A DNA stretch of 63,212 nucleotides, the filler included, from Asterionella formosa (taxonomy: Eukaryota): assembly GCA_002256025.1 (NCBI GenBank). It is 24 parts of 24 records of this genome, joined end to end, with 100 filler letters (N's around TTAATTAATTAA, not from the genome) between each part and the next. Parts side by side here need not be neighbours in the genome. Positions count along the whole stretch, not along the records: positions 62,092 to 63,212 come from NKIB01004188.1; 23 more parts are not named here. One strand, given 5' to 3'. Below, piece after piece: positions 61,992 through 63,212 of the stretch (position 1 is its first letter; each line of letters opens with the position of its first letter). The notes under the pieces were generated by a model that worked only from the letters and a program-made list of their open reading frames with translations, was not told where the DNA came from and ran no database searches. A program made the position numbers and the translations under genes.

Positions 61992-62970
61992 NNNNNNNNN
62001 NNNNNNNNNNNNNNNNNNNNNNNNNNNNNNNNNNNTTAATTAATTAANNNNNNNNNNNNNNNNNNNNNNNNNNNNNNNNNNNNNNNNNNNNTCATTAACA
62101 AGCCTGCTTGATAAGATGGCGATTACCAGGAGTTAATTTCAGTTTTGACTTTTGTTCAGCCGACTTGACTTTTCGTATCTTGTTCCCAAGCTTGCAACAA
62201 TTATTCGAGTTTCTTGTATATCGACGCACTCTTCGTAAAATCAAAGGGTTTGAAGATCCGTTCCCTGGTAATCTAAAATACTGGTATAGTCTTCAGCACA
62301 TTTACCAGTACATATATAATACAGCGGAACCTCCCAATAACATAATACACTCCCATAGGATATAGCCTGTATATAAGATACACTTTTTCAATTAAGTGTT
62401 CCCAATTTGGATATCCTTCTAAGTGGCCCTCTCTATAAGATGCACCCTCTATTAGAGGCACTTGGATACAGTTAAGCTGGAAAAAGGTTATTCTGAACTC
62501 TGTATAAGATATAGTAGAGAACAAGGATAAGAGCACCACACAGCCAGTCTGCACTCAGTTTGAGCCCTTAATTTTTTCCTTGTTTTCCTTCTTTTAATCT
62601 CAAATCACTGTGGACTGACAATCTTCAGTACCAGTTGCTTACGCATGTAATGGAAACATCAGTGTATGAACCACATCATTGTAGCGATGTGATGTGGTAT
62701 CGCTTGGGATATTATGTGTCAAGAACAGTTTATGTTATAATCTTTAGTTTGTCTTTATATGTACTTAACTGAAAGGAATCTCAATCGTTTCTTGTACATT
62801 TGCTTCCATTCTTTCACTCATACCGATCTCCAAGATTCAGACATTCTCACCATTCTCCTTCATTGGTAAAAGTTGTGAAGAGCATGTCAGAAATAAAGAT
62901 AACATGTTTAAGTGTTTCCATTGATACAAAATAAGCAGCTGTTATGCTTCACGATAAAAGGGATGTTGTA

Positions 62971-63212
62971 CATCTAAGCCGCGAAATACGCCACTTTTCG
63001 AAATTTCGTCTACGTATGAGTGTTAATTATGTGGTACTTCACATGCATTAATGCCACTCTTCACGTAAAAAAGATTACTTTTAACGGTTTCATGTGAAGT
63101 TTTAACTGTTTCATGTGAAGTTTTCACAATGAATTTTGAACGCGAGACTGAATTAGTTGATGTTTCAAATAATTCATTTGACTTTTCGAAATTTCGTCTA
63201 CGTACGAGTGTT
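62971..63212 (+). mobile_element. CATCTAAG terminus followed by 188-bp tandem units with 21-bp subrepeats
   Basis: ACTTTTCGAAATTTCGTCTACGTA at 62993 and 63181; matches 55838 and the reverse complement of 55-306. Confidence 0.85.

Noticed and set aside
18134..62091. Regularly spaced TTAATTAATTAA motif about every 1.22 kb
   Set aside because: Artificial six-frame-stop linker embedded in N runs; the spacing reflects contigs of similar size. No synteny can be inferred across linkers.

Overview
Eukaryotic DNA, most likely from a diatom (SAFAP plastid-targeting motif, PsbP-like protein, diatom-type CoDi Copia elements, short GT-AG introns). It is not a continuous locus: 24 unrelated contigs are joined by 23 artificial 100-nt linkers (44 N + TTAATTAATTAA + 44 N). 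Two contigs are ~18 kb (1-18133, 25579-43657) and the rest ~1.12 kb, so neighbourhood is meaningful only within a contig. Host genes: Ku80, LLP homolog (1 intron), F-box/Sel1/MYND protein (1 intron), PsbP-like lumen protein, a 1455-aa membrane protein with an FG-GAP propeller, and branched-chain aminotransferase. Gene fragments: eIF2B-gamma, GT92, M11-like peptidase, a mucin-like repeat protein, a TPR region and a P-loop NTPase. Much of the rest is transposon-derived: Gypsy, Copia/CoDi, Plavaka, pogo-like, piggyBac-like, MITEs and satellites. Three main leads. (1) A Gypsy family whose four visible junctions all sit at CCWGG inside pervasive (CCAGGTA)n/GGTACC arrays, twice head-to-head just upstream of genes. 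(2) A Copia element whose primer-binding-site position is a perfect 12-nt complement of its own LTR, suggesting Tf1-like self-priming. (3) An unclassified element with CATCTAAG termini and nested 21/188-bp repeats. All family assignments come from motif recognition by eye, not from database searches.
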